NCBI GenBank assembly: GCA_041483675.1
Contig: JBGPGE010000006.1
Span: 8,978-72,977 of the forward strand
Reading direction: 5' to 3'
DNA length: 64,000 nt
Source of the DNA: Candidatus Binatia bacterium
Lineage (GTDB): Bacteria > Desulfobacterota > Binatia > UBA9968
Both the position numbers and the translations under genes were made by a program. This document shows positions 1 to 8,794 of this stretch, one piece after another (within the stretch, counting starts at the first letter, position 1; each line of letters opens with the position of its first letter). Under the pieces are notes generated by a model. It worked only from the letters and a program-made list of their open reading frames with translations. It searched no databases and was not told where the DNA came from.

Positions 1-363
1 ATGGCCGTAGATGGTAAAGACAAACTTGTTGTTCATCGAGGCGAAAAACACCAGGTCGCGTTGCCCGCGTAGATACGCGTTCGGTCCGGCCGAGCCCCCC
101 CCGCCCAGGATATCGATCTCGCCGGCGAAAAAAGCCGACAGCGACAGCGGCGAGGAGCCAACGTGAACGAGCTCGACGTCAAGGCCGTTCTTGGCGAAGA
201 AGCCCGCGTCTTTGGCCACCCAAAGAGGGAGATACACGGTGACCGGCGCGGGATAAGAGATGCGCAGCGTCTTGCGCTGCGCGGACACCGTCGCGGGAAG
301 GGCGAGAAAAAAATAAAGCGCGCCCGTTAAAAAAATTAGTTTCTTCACCGCCTGAATTTTCAT
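1..363 (-). CDS. ABC transporter substrate-binding protein, NMT1/SsuA-like (N-terminal part only; gene runs off window edge)
   Basis: Reverse-strand translation from ATG at 361-363 gives MKIQAVKKLIFLTGALYFFLALPATVSAQRKTLRISYPAPVTVYLPLWVAKDAGFFAKNGLDVELVHVGSSPL... This is a signal peptide followed by clear similarity to the SBP paralogs at 6816..7823 and 7826..8794. A GAGG Shine-Dalgarno motif sits 6 nt upstream. The gene is absent from the ORF track because no stop codon lies inside the window. Confidence 0.6.
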   Translation of the reverse strand, partial: MKIQAVKKLIFLTGALYFFLALPATVSAQRKTLRISYPAPVTVYLPLWVAKDAGFFAKNGLDVELVHVGSSPLSLSAFFAGEIDILGGGGSAGPNAYLRGQRDLVFFASMNNKFVFTIYGH

Positions 364-370
364 CGTCGCC

Positions 371-1426
371 TCACTCATCGCTCGGCTCGCCCTGCTCGAC
401 GTGCATGAAGCCAAGGTTTTCCATCAGCGGCCGGTTGTGATGGACCAGCAGCCGTGCCGGCTCCTCACCGGTGTTGAAATGCTGGTGCCACGCAAATACC
501 GGTATGCAGAGAACGTCGCCCCTCCCCCAGTCGTATCGCCGATCTTCGATCATGCTGTAGCCGCAACCGGACAAAATATAATTCACCTCTTCGTACATGT
601 GCCGGTGCGCGCCGGAGCGTTTTCCCGAAGAGATCTCGGCCAACAGCGTCCCCAGAACCCGCATGAGAAAGCCGGTTCGCGGGTCGATCACATAGCGAAT
701 GCGGCCCATGGCCGTCTTTTCGAAAGCGATCTCTGCTCCTTTTACCAACACCCGGCTTTGGCGGCGTCGTTTCTCCTCGCCCCCCGAAAAAGACAACTGT
801 TGCCGGTAGTGCGCATCGGTCTGGTTGAGAGGCTCCGTCGACGATTCCGCGGCCGCGCGGACGCGCGTGCTGTCGTCCGCGCCCGGAATCAGCGACTTCA
901 TCGCGCTTTCGCTCTTGTGGCCGAAGACCCAATAGTCGGGATACCGCTCGTCCTCGTAGACCGCCAATCCCAGAGACAGAGAGAGCGGGCCGGTCGTCGC
1001 CGCGAGATAAATGAAATCCTTGTCGCCTGTGTTCACGTGCCGGTGCCAGGAAAACATCGGCACGCTGATGAAATCGCCCGGCTCCCAGTCGTAGCGCGTG
1101 CCGTCGACGATGCTGTGGCCGCTGCCTTGATGCACGTGGAGCACCGCCTCGACCGTGTGGCGGTGGCCGAGCGTCTTCCAGCCCATGCCCTCTTCCTCGC
1201 CTGCCGGGATGCGGTTGATCCAGAACCGAAACGTCCGGTGGTTGAATCCCAGGCGGGGATCGACGAGGTAGAGATGCGAGTTGTTCGCGAACTGCGCGCG
1301 AATTTCCTCGGCCTTGATCTGGACCGGCGCCTGCTGCCGCCGCTTCGCCTCTTCCTTGGCGAAGCGAACCGACTCCATCATCATCCGGTCGTGCTCTTCG
1401 GGGCGGAGGATTGCCATGGCTTTCAA
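371..1426 (-). CDS. bicupin dioxygenase, gentisate 1,2-dioxygenase-like
   Basis: 351-aa ORF with two cupin barrels carrying His-rich motifs (HRH, WHRH, AWHQH). Its start overlaps the upstream UbiD stop by 4 nt (ATGA). Confidence 0.6.
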   Translation of the reverse strand: MKAMAILRPEEHDRMMMESVRFAKEEAKRRQQAPVQIKAEEIRAQFANNSHLYLVDPRLGFNHRTFRFWINRIPAGEEEGMGWKTLGHRHTVEAVLHVHQGSGHSIVDGTRYDWEPGDFISVPMFSWHRHVNTGDKDFIYLAATTGPLSLSLGLAVYEDERYPDYWVFGHKSESAMKSLIPGADDSTRVRAAAESSTEPLNQTDAHYRQQLSFSGGEEKRRRQSRVLVKGAEIAFEKTAMGRIRYVIDPRTGFLMRVLGTLLAEISSGKRSGAHRHMYEEVNYILSGCGYSMIEDRRYDWGRGDVLCIPVFAWHQHFNTGEEPARLLVHHNRPLMENLGFMHVEQGEPSDE

Positions 1427-2859
1427 TGAAGTCTCGACAGCAGGTCATGCCATTTTTTCGAGACCGCGCTCTTCTTCCCGGCGCTGAGCGCGTTCGTCGC
1501 TGGAAAATCCTTGATCCAGCGGTACGGCCGGCAGGCGTCGATGATCATCTTGGATGAGACGAAGTGACCCTGCTCGCGGTCCTCCGGCGCGACGCGCGGG
1601 TTGATGCCGCTGGTTGGAAAGCCCTTCAAGACTTCGCTTTGCTCCGCGGGATCGCAGCGCGTTGTGATCGCCCAGAAGACGTCGCGCAGATCCGACGGGT
1701 CGATGTCCTCATCGACGAGGATGACGAATCTTCCGAGATGCACCGTGGCGCGGACCCCGAGCGCGATCGCCGCCGCCTGGCGCGCGTGGCCTTCGTAGCG
1801 CTGCTTGAGCGAGATCACCGTCGCGAAGGGTCCGTGCAGCCAGACACCGCGAACGTCTTGAATGCCGGCGGATTCCAACGCGGACCATACGCCCGCCGCC
1901 GGCAGCGGAATGCCGAAGTGATCCATCCCCGGAACCGGCTTGAGCGGCGGATCGCCCTGGATGATCGGCTCGTCGCGGTGCATAAGCGACAAGACGCGCA
2001 CGACCGGCTCGTTTCTCGTCCCGGTCGCGTAGTAGCCGGTGCGCTCGCCGAACGGCCCTTCGGGACGCGCCTCTTTTTCGCCCGGAGGAATCTCTCCCTC
2101 GACGACAATCTCTGCGTGCGCGGGAATCGGGAGCCCGGTTTTTTCGCCCTTCAAGACTTCCACCGGCTCGCCCCGAAGCCAGCCGGCGACGCTCAACTCG
2201 CCGACGCCCCAGGGCTCGCGCTGCGCCGCGGCCAGATAAAGCGCGGGCTCCTGCCCGAACGAGATAGCCACCGGGCAGCTCTTTCCCCGCGCCCAGTATT
2301 TCTCGACGATCAGCCGGCCGTGCTGGATGTGGTTGATGAAAATGCCGAGGGTGTTTTTATCGTGGACCACCACGCGATAGACGCCCATATTCACCCAGCC
2401 GTCGTCGGGGTCGCGCGTGAGCACGCAGCAGCCAGTGCCGATGTAGTAGCCGCCGTCTTTCTCGTGCCACCTCGGCGCGGGGAATTTGAGCAGATCGACT
2501 TTACCTCCCGAAAAAGCATTTTCCCGCACCGGACCGTCTGCGACTTCTCGCGGCTCGATCTTCTTGAATGTCCTAAGCTTTTCTTTCCACTCCTTGACGA
2601 GATCGACGTTGCCGAGCGACGGATCGAGGCCCAAGCCGAGCGCCATTCGGCGCACGCCGCCCATCGTGCCGGCCGAAACGCGGTATCCCACGGGGTAGCC
2701 CTTGATCTTGTCGAACAAAACCATCGGGTGCTTGGCCGTGCTCGCGACGATTTCAGCCAGCGCGCCGATCTCCTCTTCGCGGTCCGCGCCGTCGATCTTG
2801 AGCAGGTCGCCGTGCTCTTCGACTTTGTGGAGATAGTCTCTCAGGCTTTGGAACGGCAT
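1423..2859 (-). CDS. UbiD-family (prFMN-dependent) aromatic acid decarboxylase
   Basis: 478 aa. N-terminus MPFQSLRDYL...LLKIDGADRE and overall length are typical of the UbiD / 3-octaprenyl-4-hydroxybenzoate carboxy-lyase family. Its start is overlapped by 19 nt by the upstream XDH-family gene. Confidence 0.75.
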   Translation of the reverse strand: MPFQSLRDYLHKVEEHGDLLKIDGADREEEIGALAEIVASTAKHPMVLFDKIKGYPVGYRVSAGTMGGVRRMALGLGLDPSLGNVDLVKEWKEKLRTFKKIEPREVADGPVRENAFSGGKVDLLKFPAPRWHEKDGGYYIGTGCCVLTRDPDDGWVNMGVYRVVVHDKNTLGIFINHIQHGRLIVEKYWARGKSCPVAISFGQEPALYLAAAQREPWGVGELSVAGWLRGEPVEVLKGEKTGLPIPAHAEIVVEGEIPPGEKEARPEGPFGERTGYYATGTRNEPVVRVLSLMHRDEPIIQGDPPLKPVPGMDHFGIPLPAAGVWSALESAGIQDVRGVWLHGPFATVISLKQRYEGHARQAAAIALGVRATVHLGRFVILVDEDIDPSDLRDVFWAITTRCDPAEQSEVLKGFPTSGINPRVAPEDREQGHFVSSKMIIDACRPYRWIKDFPATNALSAGKKSAVSKKWHDLLSRLH

Positions 2860-5096
2860 GCCAAACCCTCGAGGATTTTTTCCGCGGTGACCGGCAGCTC
2901 GGTGATCCGCACCCCGGTCGCGGCGTAGACCGCGTTCGCCACCGCCGGCGCGACGACGCTGACGCCCGCTTCGGCCACCGACTTCGCGCCGAACGGGCCG
3001 GGACCGACCTTCGCTTTAACCAGCGAAGTCGTGAGCGGGACGTTGTCGGCGATGTTCCGAAGCTTGTAGTCGCCAAGCGTCAGCGTGGTCACCCGCCCAT
3101 CTTCGACTTTCAACTCCTCGGTGAGCGCGTAGCCCAGCCCCTGGACGATGCCGCCGTCGATCTGTCCCTGGTGAATCAGCGGATTGATGATCGTGCCCAC
3201 GTCGTAGACGAAGTAGAGCTGTTGCAGCTCGACCGCGCCGGTCTCCCGGTCAACCTCCACGTCGACGACAATCGCCTGAAAAGAGTAGACGTGCGGCTTA
3301 TGCCCCTTGTACTTGCCGAATCCTTTGACCGGCGCTTCCGAAAGGCCCGCCAACTCTTTCAAGCTCAGCTTTTTTCTTTTTCCGTTATTTTTGAAGAGAG
3401 CGGCTCCATCCGCCCAGGAAATCTTTTCGACCGGCGCGCCCCATCGCGACGCGGCGAGAGATCGCAGATTGTCGATCAACGAGGCCGTCGCCCGCGCAAC
3501 CGCCTGTCCCTCGACGTGCGTCCCCCTGGCGCCCTTGATCCCCTGGTCGTACGGAGCGTCGGAGGTATCCCTGACGTCGATCGCAATCGAATCCGGATCG
3601 ATGCCGAGCAGCTCGGCCGCGACCTGGCGGTGCATCGTGTAGGCGCCGACGCCCTGATCGCCGACGCCGCTCAAGAGCCGGAGCGTTCCGTCGCGCTCGA
3701 GCAGCAATTCGAAGCTCGATTCGCCGTGGCCCACGTGGCGGTCGCCGAGCGCCACGCCGCGTCCGATTAATTTATTTCCGGCGGAAGCTTTGGCCGGCTT
3801 CTTTTTCCATCCGGAAATTTTCTCCACGCGATCGAGAACTTCGAGGCAGTGCGGATCTTCCAGCGGTTCTCCCGTTGAGCGCGTGTCGCCCTCTTTCAAC
3901 GCGTTCCGGCGGCGGAATTCGATCGGATCCATGCTGAGCTTTTCAGCCATCAGATCCATCTGGCTTTCGACGGCGAACAGGGTCTGCGTTTCCCCCGGCG
4001 CGCGGAAATAGCCGCACGGCACTTGGTTGGTGTAAACGCAATACCCTTCGAGACGCGTGTTGGGGACATTGTAAGAGCCCGCGACCATATACGCGCCGCT
4101 CATCGAGCCTTCCGGATTCGGCTTGAACGCGCCGTAGGCGCCGCCGTTGTAGAAGGTCTTCCCGTCCCACGCCCACAGCCGGCCGTCCCTCTTGACACCG
4201 ACGCGAAGCTGAACGACCGCGGAATGGCGCGGCGTCGTGGCGCCCAACTCCTCGCTGTAGCTTTTTACGAAGCGCACCGGCCGTCCGGTTTTTTTCGAGA
4301 GGTAGTAAGCGGCCGGATTCAAGAACAGAAAATCTTTCGCGCCGAACGAGCCGCCCATATTGCTCGGGTAGATCGTGATGTCCTCCGGCGCAAGCTCCAG
4401 ATACTCCGCCAGGACGCGGCGCAGCTTGAAGTAGGCCTGGTTCGCCACCCAGATCGCGACGCGACCCTGCCCGTCGACTTCCACCGTGCAGGCGTACGGC
4501 TCGATGTAGCCCTGGTGCACGAGTTGGGTGCGATAGGTTTTCTCGAAGACGTAATCGGATTCGGCGAAGCCTTTTTCGATCTCGCCCTTTCTGCCGCGCA
4601 CCAGCGTCTGGACGTTTTTCAGCTCGAGCGCCATGGTTTTCGGCCCCTTGTAACTCGGGTAGTCCGGATGGAGCAGCGGCGCTTCGGGCTTCATCGCCTC
4701 CAACGGATCGAAGACCGCCGGGAGATCCTCGTAGTCCACGTCGATCAGGTGCACCGCCTCCTCGGCCGTCTCGACATCGACGGCGGCGACGGCCGCGATC
4801 TCCTCGCCGACAAAGCGCACGCGGTCGCGCGCCATGACCGGCATGTCTCGAAGCGTCGCGCCGACGAGCGTCGTTTTCATGTCGGCGGCGGTGACGATCG
4901 CCTTCACGCCGGGGAGGCTCAGCGCCCGGGTCGTGTCTATGTTAAGGATGCGCGCGTGGGGCAGCGGGCTGCGCAGCACCTTACCCCACAGAGAGCCGGG
5001 CCTGAGCACGTCGGCCGCGTAGCTTAATTTGCCGCTCACCTTCGCCGCGCCCTCGACGCGTGGAAAAGATTTACCGATGACTTTGGATGCTTTCAA
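2841..5096 (-). CDS. xanthine dehydrogenase / aldehyde oxidase family molybdopterin-binding large subunit (no adjacent FeS or FAD subunits)
   Basis: 751 aa, beginning directly with the Mo-binding a/b-hammerhead region (MKASKVIGKSFPRVEGAAKVSGKLSYAADV). It is a full-length CoxL/XdhB-like fold and a paralog of 30546..32798. Confidence 0.75.
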   Translation of the reverse strand: MKASKVIGKSFPRVEGAAKVSGKLSYAADVLRPGSLWGKVLRSPLPHARILNIDTTRALSLPGVKAIVTAADMKTTLVGATLRDMPVMARDRVRFVGEEIAAVAAVDVETAEEAVHLIDVDYEDLPAVFDPLEAMKPEAPLLHPDYPSYKGPKTMALELKNVQTLVRGRKGEIEKGFAESDYVFEKTYRTQLVHQGYIEPYACTVEVDGQGRVAIWVANQAYFKLRRVLAEYLELAPEDITIYPSNMGGSFGAKDFLFLNPAAYYLSKKTGRPVRFVKSYSEELGATTPRHSAVVQLRVGVKRDGRLWAWDGKTFYNGGAYGAFKPNPEGSMSGAYMVAGSYNVPNTRLEGYCVYTNQVPCGYFRAPGETQTLFAVESQMDLMAEKLSMDPIEFRRRNALKEGDTRSTGEPLEDPHCLEVLDRVEKISGWKKKPAKASAGNKLIGRGVALGDRHVGHGESSFELLLERDGTLRLLSGVGDQGVGAYTMHRQVAAELLGIDPDSIAIDVRDTSDAPYDQGIKGARGTHVEGQAVARATASLIDNLRSLAASRWGAPVEKISWADGAALFKNNGKRKKLSLKELAGLSEAPVKGFGKYKGHKPHVYSFQAIVVDVEVDRETGAVELQQLYFVYDVGTIINPLIHQGQIDGGIVQGLGYALTEELKVEDGRVTTLTLGDYKLRNIADNVPLTTSLVKAKVGPGPFGAKSVAEAGVSVVAPAVANAVYAATGVRITELPVTAEKILEGLACRSKA

Positions 5097-5156
5097 CGTT
5101 CACATCTCCGGTTAGCTCGTCTTCTTCGCGCCACCCTCGGTCTCGCCGTGGCAGCC

Positions 5157-5239
5157 GCTGCCTGGTCGGAGAGCCCGCGCATCCGATACTGCCGGTTGGA
5201 ATAAGCAGCAATCCATTGCGCGGGCTCGGAGAGCAGGCG
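5157..5239 (+). repeat. 83-bp palindromic intergenic element, family A copy 1 (ggtcg-agagcccgcgc ... gcgcgggctcggagagc-ggcggc)
   Basis: A 10-bp perfect inverted repeat gagcccgcgc/gcgcgggctc with extended imperfect arms. Near-identical copies occur at 9903..9985 and 18823..18905, all in the same orientation. Confidence 0.7.
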
Positions 5240-5279
5240 GCGGCTGCCGCTGCTGCTTTTTACTTTTACCTTTTTACTT

Positions 5280-6659
5280 TCATTCCAATCCCAACTCCCC
5301 CCACCGCCGCAGCACTTTTTGCGTCAGCTCGCGGCTCACCTCGTTCACTTCGGGAAATTCCACGCCTTTGAATTTCGAGGTCGCGTCGATGGCGATGCGT
5401 GACGTGAAGCCGTGCTTCACCAACGGCTGGTGGCCGCCGTGCTGGCGCGGCGGCGTGATCCAAACGTCGCGGTGCGGCTCGCTCCTCGAATAGATGCGCC
5501 ACCATATATTGTTCCAGTCGTCGAGGTCGGCGTCGGCGTCGACCACGATGATCCAGTTCGGCCCCATCGCGTTTACGCCCCAGACCGTCTCGACGATCTG
5601 CATCACCTGTCCCGGCTCCGTGATGTCGGCCGCCACGACGCAAATCTCCCGCCCGCAGCCCGGATCCGGGAAGCGCACGTCGACGACACCGGGCGTGCCG
5701 AGGCTTTTCAACTTGCCCCAGAGAACCGCCGAGCGCGTGATCCGCTTGCCGCCGTCTTCCATGTAATTGCAGATAAGTCCCTGGTGAATCGGATTTTTCC
5801 TGTGTGTGACGCATTTGACTTTGAAGACGAGCCCCTCTTTTTCGTCGCCGTAGAAGCCGTGCGACTCGCCGTGCGGGCCTTCCGTCACCCGCGTTTTCGG
5901 CAGGACTTCGCCTTCGAGAATAATTTCCGAGTGAGCGGGAACGAGCATGTCGATGGTCTCGCACTTCGTCACCTCCACGCCCTTTCCCCGGAGCCCGCCG
6001 ACAAAGGCAAGCTCGGCGTGGCGCGCCAGCCCGGAGCTGATCGGGTTCATCGACGCGATCGAGAGCAGCGGCTCCATGCCGATCGCCACCGCCATCGGCA
6101 TCGGCTCGTTGCGCGCTTCGTACTGGCGGTAGTGCGCCAACCCATCGCGGTGCATCGACATGTAAAGCGTGTTTTTGTCTTTGATGACCAGCCGATACAT
6201 GCCCATGTTCTGGTCGCCGGTGGCGCGGTCCCTGGTAATGCAGCCGTGAAACGTGCCGAGATAGGGTCCGACGTCCCTTTCATGCCAGACCGGCGTGGGA
6301 AACTTGTAGAGATCGACCTGTCCGTCTTTTTGAATTTCCTCCTTACAGGGGCCGCCTTTCACTTCGACCGGCTGCGTCGGGTTTTTGAAGCCGGAGAGAA
6401 ATTTCTCGAACATCGTCTTCATGTCGCCCTCGATGCCGAAGGCGATGGCCATTTTTTTATCCGTCGAGAGCACGTTCGTGACGAGCGGTGTCTTGTGGCC
6501 CTTGATGTTTTCGAACATGAGCGCCGGGCCTTTTTTGAGCAGCGAATGATACGCGATCGCGCCCAGCTCGTGGACCGGATCGACCTCCGCCTTGACACGC
6601 TTTAACTCGCCCACGTTTTCCAGCGCATTCAAAAACTCGCGCAACGAATCGAATGGCAT
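5280..6659 (-). CDS. UbiD-family decarboxylase (second paralog)
   Basis: ORF 5280..6722. The start is chosen at the internal ATG (MPFDSLREFLNALE...), which has an AAGGAG Shine-Dalgarno 7 nt upstream and aligns with the N-terminus of the paralog at 1423..2859. Confidence 0.7.
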   Translation of the reverse strand: MPFDSLREFLNALENVGELKRVKAEVDPVHELGAIAYHSLLKKGPALMFENIKGHKTPLVTNVLSTDKKMAIAFGIEGDMKTMFEKFLSGFKNPTQPVEVKGGPCKEEIQKDGQVDLYKFPTPVWHERDVGPYLGTFHGCITRDRATGDQNMGMYRLVIKDKNTLYMSMHRDGLAHYRQYEARNEPMPMAVAIGMEPLLSIASMNPISSGLARHAELAFVGGLRGKGVEVTKCETIDMLVPAHSEIILEGEVLPKTRVTEGPHGESHGFYGDEKEGLVFKVKCVTHRKNPIHQGLICNYMEDGGKRITRSAVLWGKLKSLGTPGVVDVRFPDPGCGREICVVAADITEPGQVMQIVETVWGVNAMGPNWIIVVDADADLDDWNNIWWRIYSRSEPHRDVWITPPRQHGGHQPLVKHGFTSRIAIDATSKFKGVEFPEVNEVSRELTQKVLRRWGELGLE

Positions 6660-6716
6660 GCTTGCTCCTTTCAGGAGACTGAAGGGGAAACGTTTCTTGG
6701 AGCGGTTTTCCCCTTC

Positions 6717-6792
6717 TGTCATTCCCGCGCAGGCGGGAATCCAGTCTTTTTTCTAATCCTGAACGCCTGGATGCCCGCTTTCGCGGGCATGA
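6717..6792. repeat. two REP-like hairpin units of the attcccgc/gcgggaat family (gtcattcccgcgcaggcgggaatccag; ctggatgcccgctttcgcgggcatgac)
   Basis: Inverted-repeat units seen by eye. The same family recurs at 32949..32980, 35750..35776, 40668..40726 and 59273..59335. Confidence 0.6.
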
Positions 6793-6815
6793 CGGATATT
6801 CGGTCATCCGCTCAT

Positions 6816-7823
6816 TTATCTATACAACTGCTCCGCAAATCCCGACTTCATGACTTCCTTCGCCGCCCTGTCGTCGATAAAGCTCGCCGCGTTGGCGCCC
6901 GCCGCCTTGGCATTGGTCAACGCGACCTCTTCCAACACCAGCTTTAGATCGTCGGGAAAGATCTCCGGCACTCTGGGGAAAAGCTTGATGTGGAGATCGT
7001 AAGCGGGCTTCAGAACGTCCGGCGCGTCCACGCGCGTGTACTTCTTGAAGATCTCCATGCCTTCTTTGGGCCGGGTTTTCAAATAATGGATCGCCTCGAC
7101 GAGCGTCTTCATAAAACGCACCATCGTCTCGTGCTTTTCGGAAAGAAAACTCCGCTTCGCCAGGAAAGCGGCCAGCGCGTATCTTGCGTCCATGTCGGAC
7201 AGGTCGGCCAACTCGCGCAGCCCCAGCTTTTTCGCCTGCAGGTTTTGGGGAACTCCGATCACTCCCGACTCTATCGCGCCCGTGACGACGGCCACCGCGA
7301 TGTCCGGCATCGCCCCGATCTGCACGAACGAGACATCCTTTGCCGGGTCCAAGCCCGCGCGCTTCAGATAGTAGCGGGCGGCAAAATCGAGCGTGCCGCC
7401 GAACCGCGTCACGCCCATCTTCTTGCCGCGCAGTTGAGATACGTTCGTTATCGACGGCTGGACCATGACCGAGAACAGAAATGTCTGAATGACGTTGCCG
7501 AACAGCGCCAGGTCCGAATAGCCCTGCAACTGGGCGGCGATTCCACTCGAGCCGCCGCCGGCCAGGACATCGAGATCGCCCGACACCATGGCCGCAATTC
7601 CCCGTGTCGAGGAGCCAACGGCTATAAGCTCGACCGGCAGCCCATGTTTCTTGAAAATCCCGGCGTCTTGCGCGGCCCACAGCGGCAGAAACGCGCCGGC
7701 CGGCGCGGGGTAGGCGACGCGCAGCGGGCGGTCCGCCGCATGTAGCCCCGCGGCGGCGAGCAGCGCCCCGACGATTAGCGGAAAAATGATTTTGATTTTC
7801 GGTTGTTTCTGCATGATTGCCAT
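6816..7823 (-). CDS. ABC transporter substrate-binding protein, NMT1/THI5 (SsuA/TauA-like) family
   Basis: 335 aa with an N-terminal signal peptide (IIFPLIVGALLAAAGLHA). Periplasmic-binding fold, paralogous to the flanking SBPs. Confidence 0.6.
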   Translation of the reverse strand: MAIMQKQPKIKIIFPLIVGALLAAAGLHAADRPLRVAYPAPAGAFLPLWAAQDAGIFKKHGLPVELIAVGSSTRGIAAMVSGDLDVLAGGGSSGIAAQLQGYSDLALFGNVIQTFLFSVMVQPSITNVSQLRGKKMGVTRFGGTLDFAARYYLKRAGLDPAKDVSFVQIGAMPDIAVAVVTGAIESGVIGVPQNLQAKKLGLRELADLSDMDARYALAAFLAKRSFLSEKHETMVRFMKTLVEAIHYLKTRPKEGMEIFKKYTRVDAPDVLKPAYDLHIKLFPRVPEIFPDDLKLVLEEVALTNAKAAGANAASFIDDRAAKEVMKSGFAEQLYR

Positions 7824-7825
7824 CC

Positions 7826-8794
7826 TTATTTGAGTTCGATCAAAGCTTCCGTGACGAACCTCGGCTCGACGAATCGTTTCAAATCCACCGCCCGCCCGCG
7901 CATCTCGGGAATGCTGTCCCAGGCGTTCTGCAGCCCCTCGATATCGGGCACCGGCTCGGAGCGCAAAAATTTATTCGTATCGACGTAGATGTTCTCGATG
8001 TCGGCCTCGGAGACTTTGTAGTATTTCCTGAGATACGGCTTCACCAGGTCCGGGCGCGCCTTCCAGCTCCGTATGCCGTCGAGGAATCCCAGCACGACCT
8101 GCTTCAATACCGCGGGCCGCTCTTTGACCAATGAATCGTGCGCGACCATGATCTGGCTCGCGAACTTGGTCTTGATGGTCGAGAGATCGAAAATCACCTG
8201 GAGGCCCGCGTTGCGGGCGAACGGCACGAAAGCCGGCGTGACGATCGCGCCGTCGACGCCACCGCTCGCCAGCGCCGCCGAGCGCGCGGCGGAGTTGCCG
8301 ATCTGCAAGATCTGCACGTCTTTGTCCGGATCCATGCCCCATTGACGGATGACGAAGCGGGTCTGGATATCGGAGAAGGCGCCGTAGCGGCTGACCGCGA
8401 TCTTCTTGCCTTTCATGTCCTTGGGGCCGGCGATTCCCGGCCGGGCGACGAACAGGTGCTGGAACTGGTCGATATTGACCATGATGATCTTCATCGGCGC
8501 GCCGGCGGCCATCGCCCTGAGCGCGTCGGTCGCCGTCGTCGTGGCTGTCGCGGCGCTGCCCGACGCCATGGTCTGCGACGTGATGACACCGCTGGTGACG
8601 TAGAGCATCGTCATGTCGAGGCCGTGTTTCTTAAAGAACCCCGCCTCGTAGGCGAACTTGAGCGCGTCGCTCTGCGAACCCGAGCCGGTATAGACGAAAT
8701 TCAGCGGAGTCAATTGGGCGCGGGCCGCCGGCGTCCAGGCAAGAAAAACGGAAGCGATCCAAAGCGTCTGCCAAAAACATTTGTTTTGCCTCAC
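7826..8794 (-). CDS. ABC transporter substrate-binding protein, NMT1/THI5 (SsuA/TauA-like) family
   Basis: 322 aa with a signal peptide. Paralog of 6816..7823, with 2-nt spacing to the downstream gene and a 4-nt overlap with the upstream dioxygenase. Confidence 0.6.
   Translation of the reverse strand: MRQNKCFWQTLWIASVFLAWTPAARAQLTPLNFVYTGSGSQSDALKFAYEAGFFKKHGLDMTMLYVTSGVITSQTMASGSAATATTTATDALRAMAAGAPMKIIMVNIDQFQHLFVARPGIAGPKDMKGKKIAVSRYGAFSDIQTRFVIRQWGMDPDKDVQILQIGNSAARSAALASGGVDGAIVTPAFVPFARNAGLQVIFDLSTIKTKFASQIMVAHDSLVKERPAVLKQVVLGFLDGIRSWKARPDLVKPYLRKYYKVSEADIENIYVDTNKFLRSEPVPDIEGLQNAWDSIPEMRGRAVDLKRFVEPRFVTEALIELK

Noticed and set aside
401-1448. Long ORFs 401..1429 (+) and 465..1448 (-) overlapping the bicupin gene
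   Set aside because: Arg/Ala/Pro/Gly-rich low-complexity translations typical of alternative frames in 65% GC DNA. No recognisable motifs. They fully overlap a well-supported gene.
1564-2928. 454-aa ORF antisense to the UbiD gene
   Set aside because: Antisense overlap, R/A-rich composition, no domain motifs.
4023-5027. 334-aa ORF antisense to the XDH-family gene
   Set aside because: Antisense shadow ORF in a high-GC region.
5251-5280. ttttac(n) direct repeats (ttttacttttacctttttactttcattcc) after the UbiD stop, resembling a similar run at 34090..34120
   Set aside because: The second occurrence is coding (C-terminal KSKNAK of the 5'-nucleotidase). The similarity is short and likely a chance product of lysine codons and A/T-rich transcript ends.
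5412-6605. 397-aa ORF antisense to the second UbiD gene (and 5266..5964 minus-strand alternative frame)
   Set aside because: Shadow ORFs. The translation of the REP region (…RFRGND…-like) shows that part of it is a repeat, not coding.
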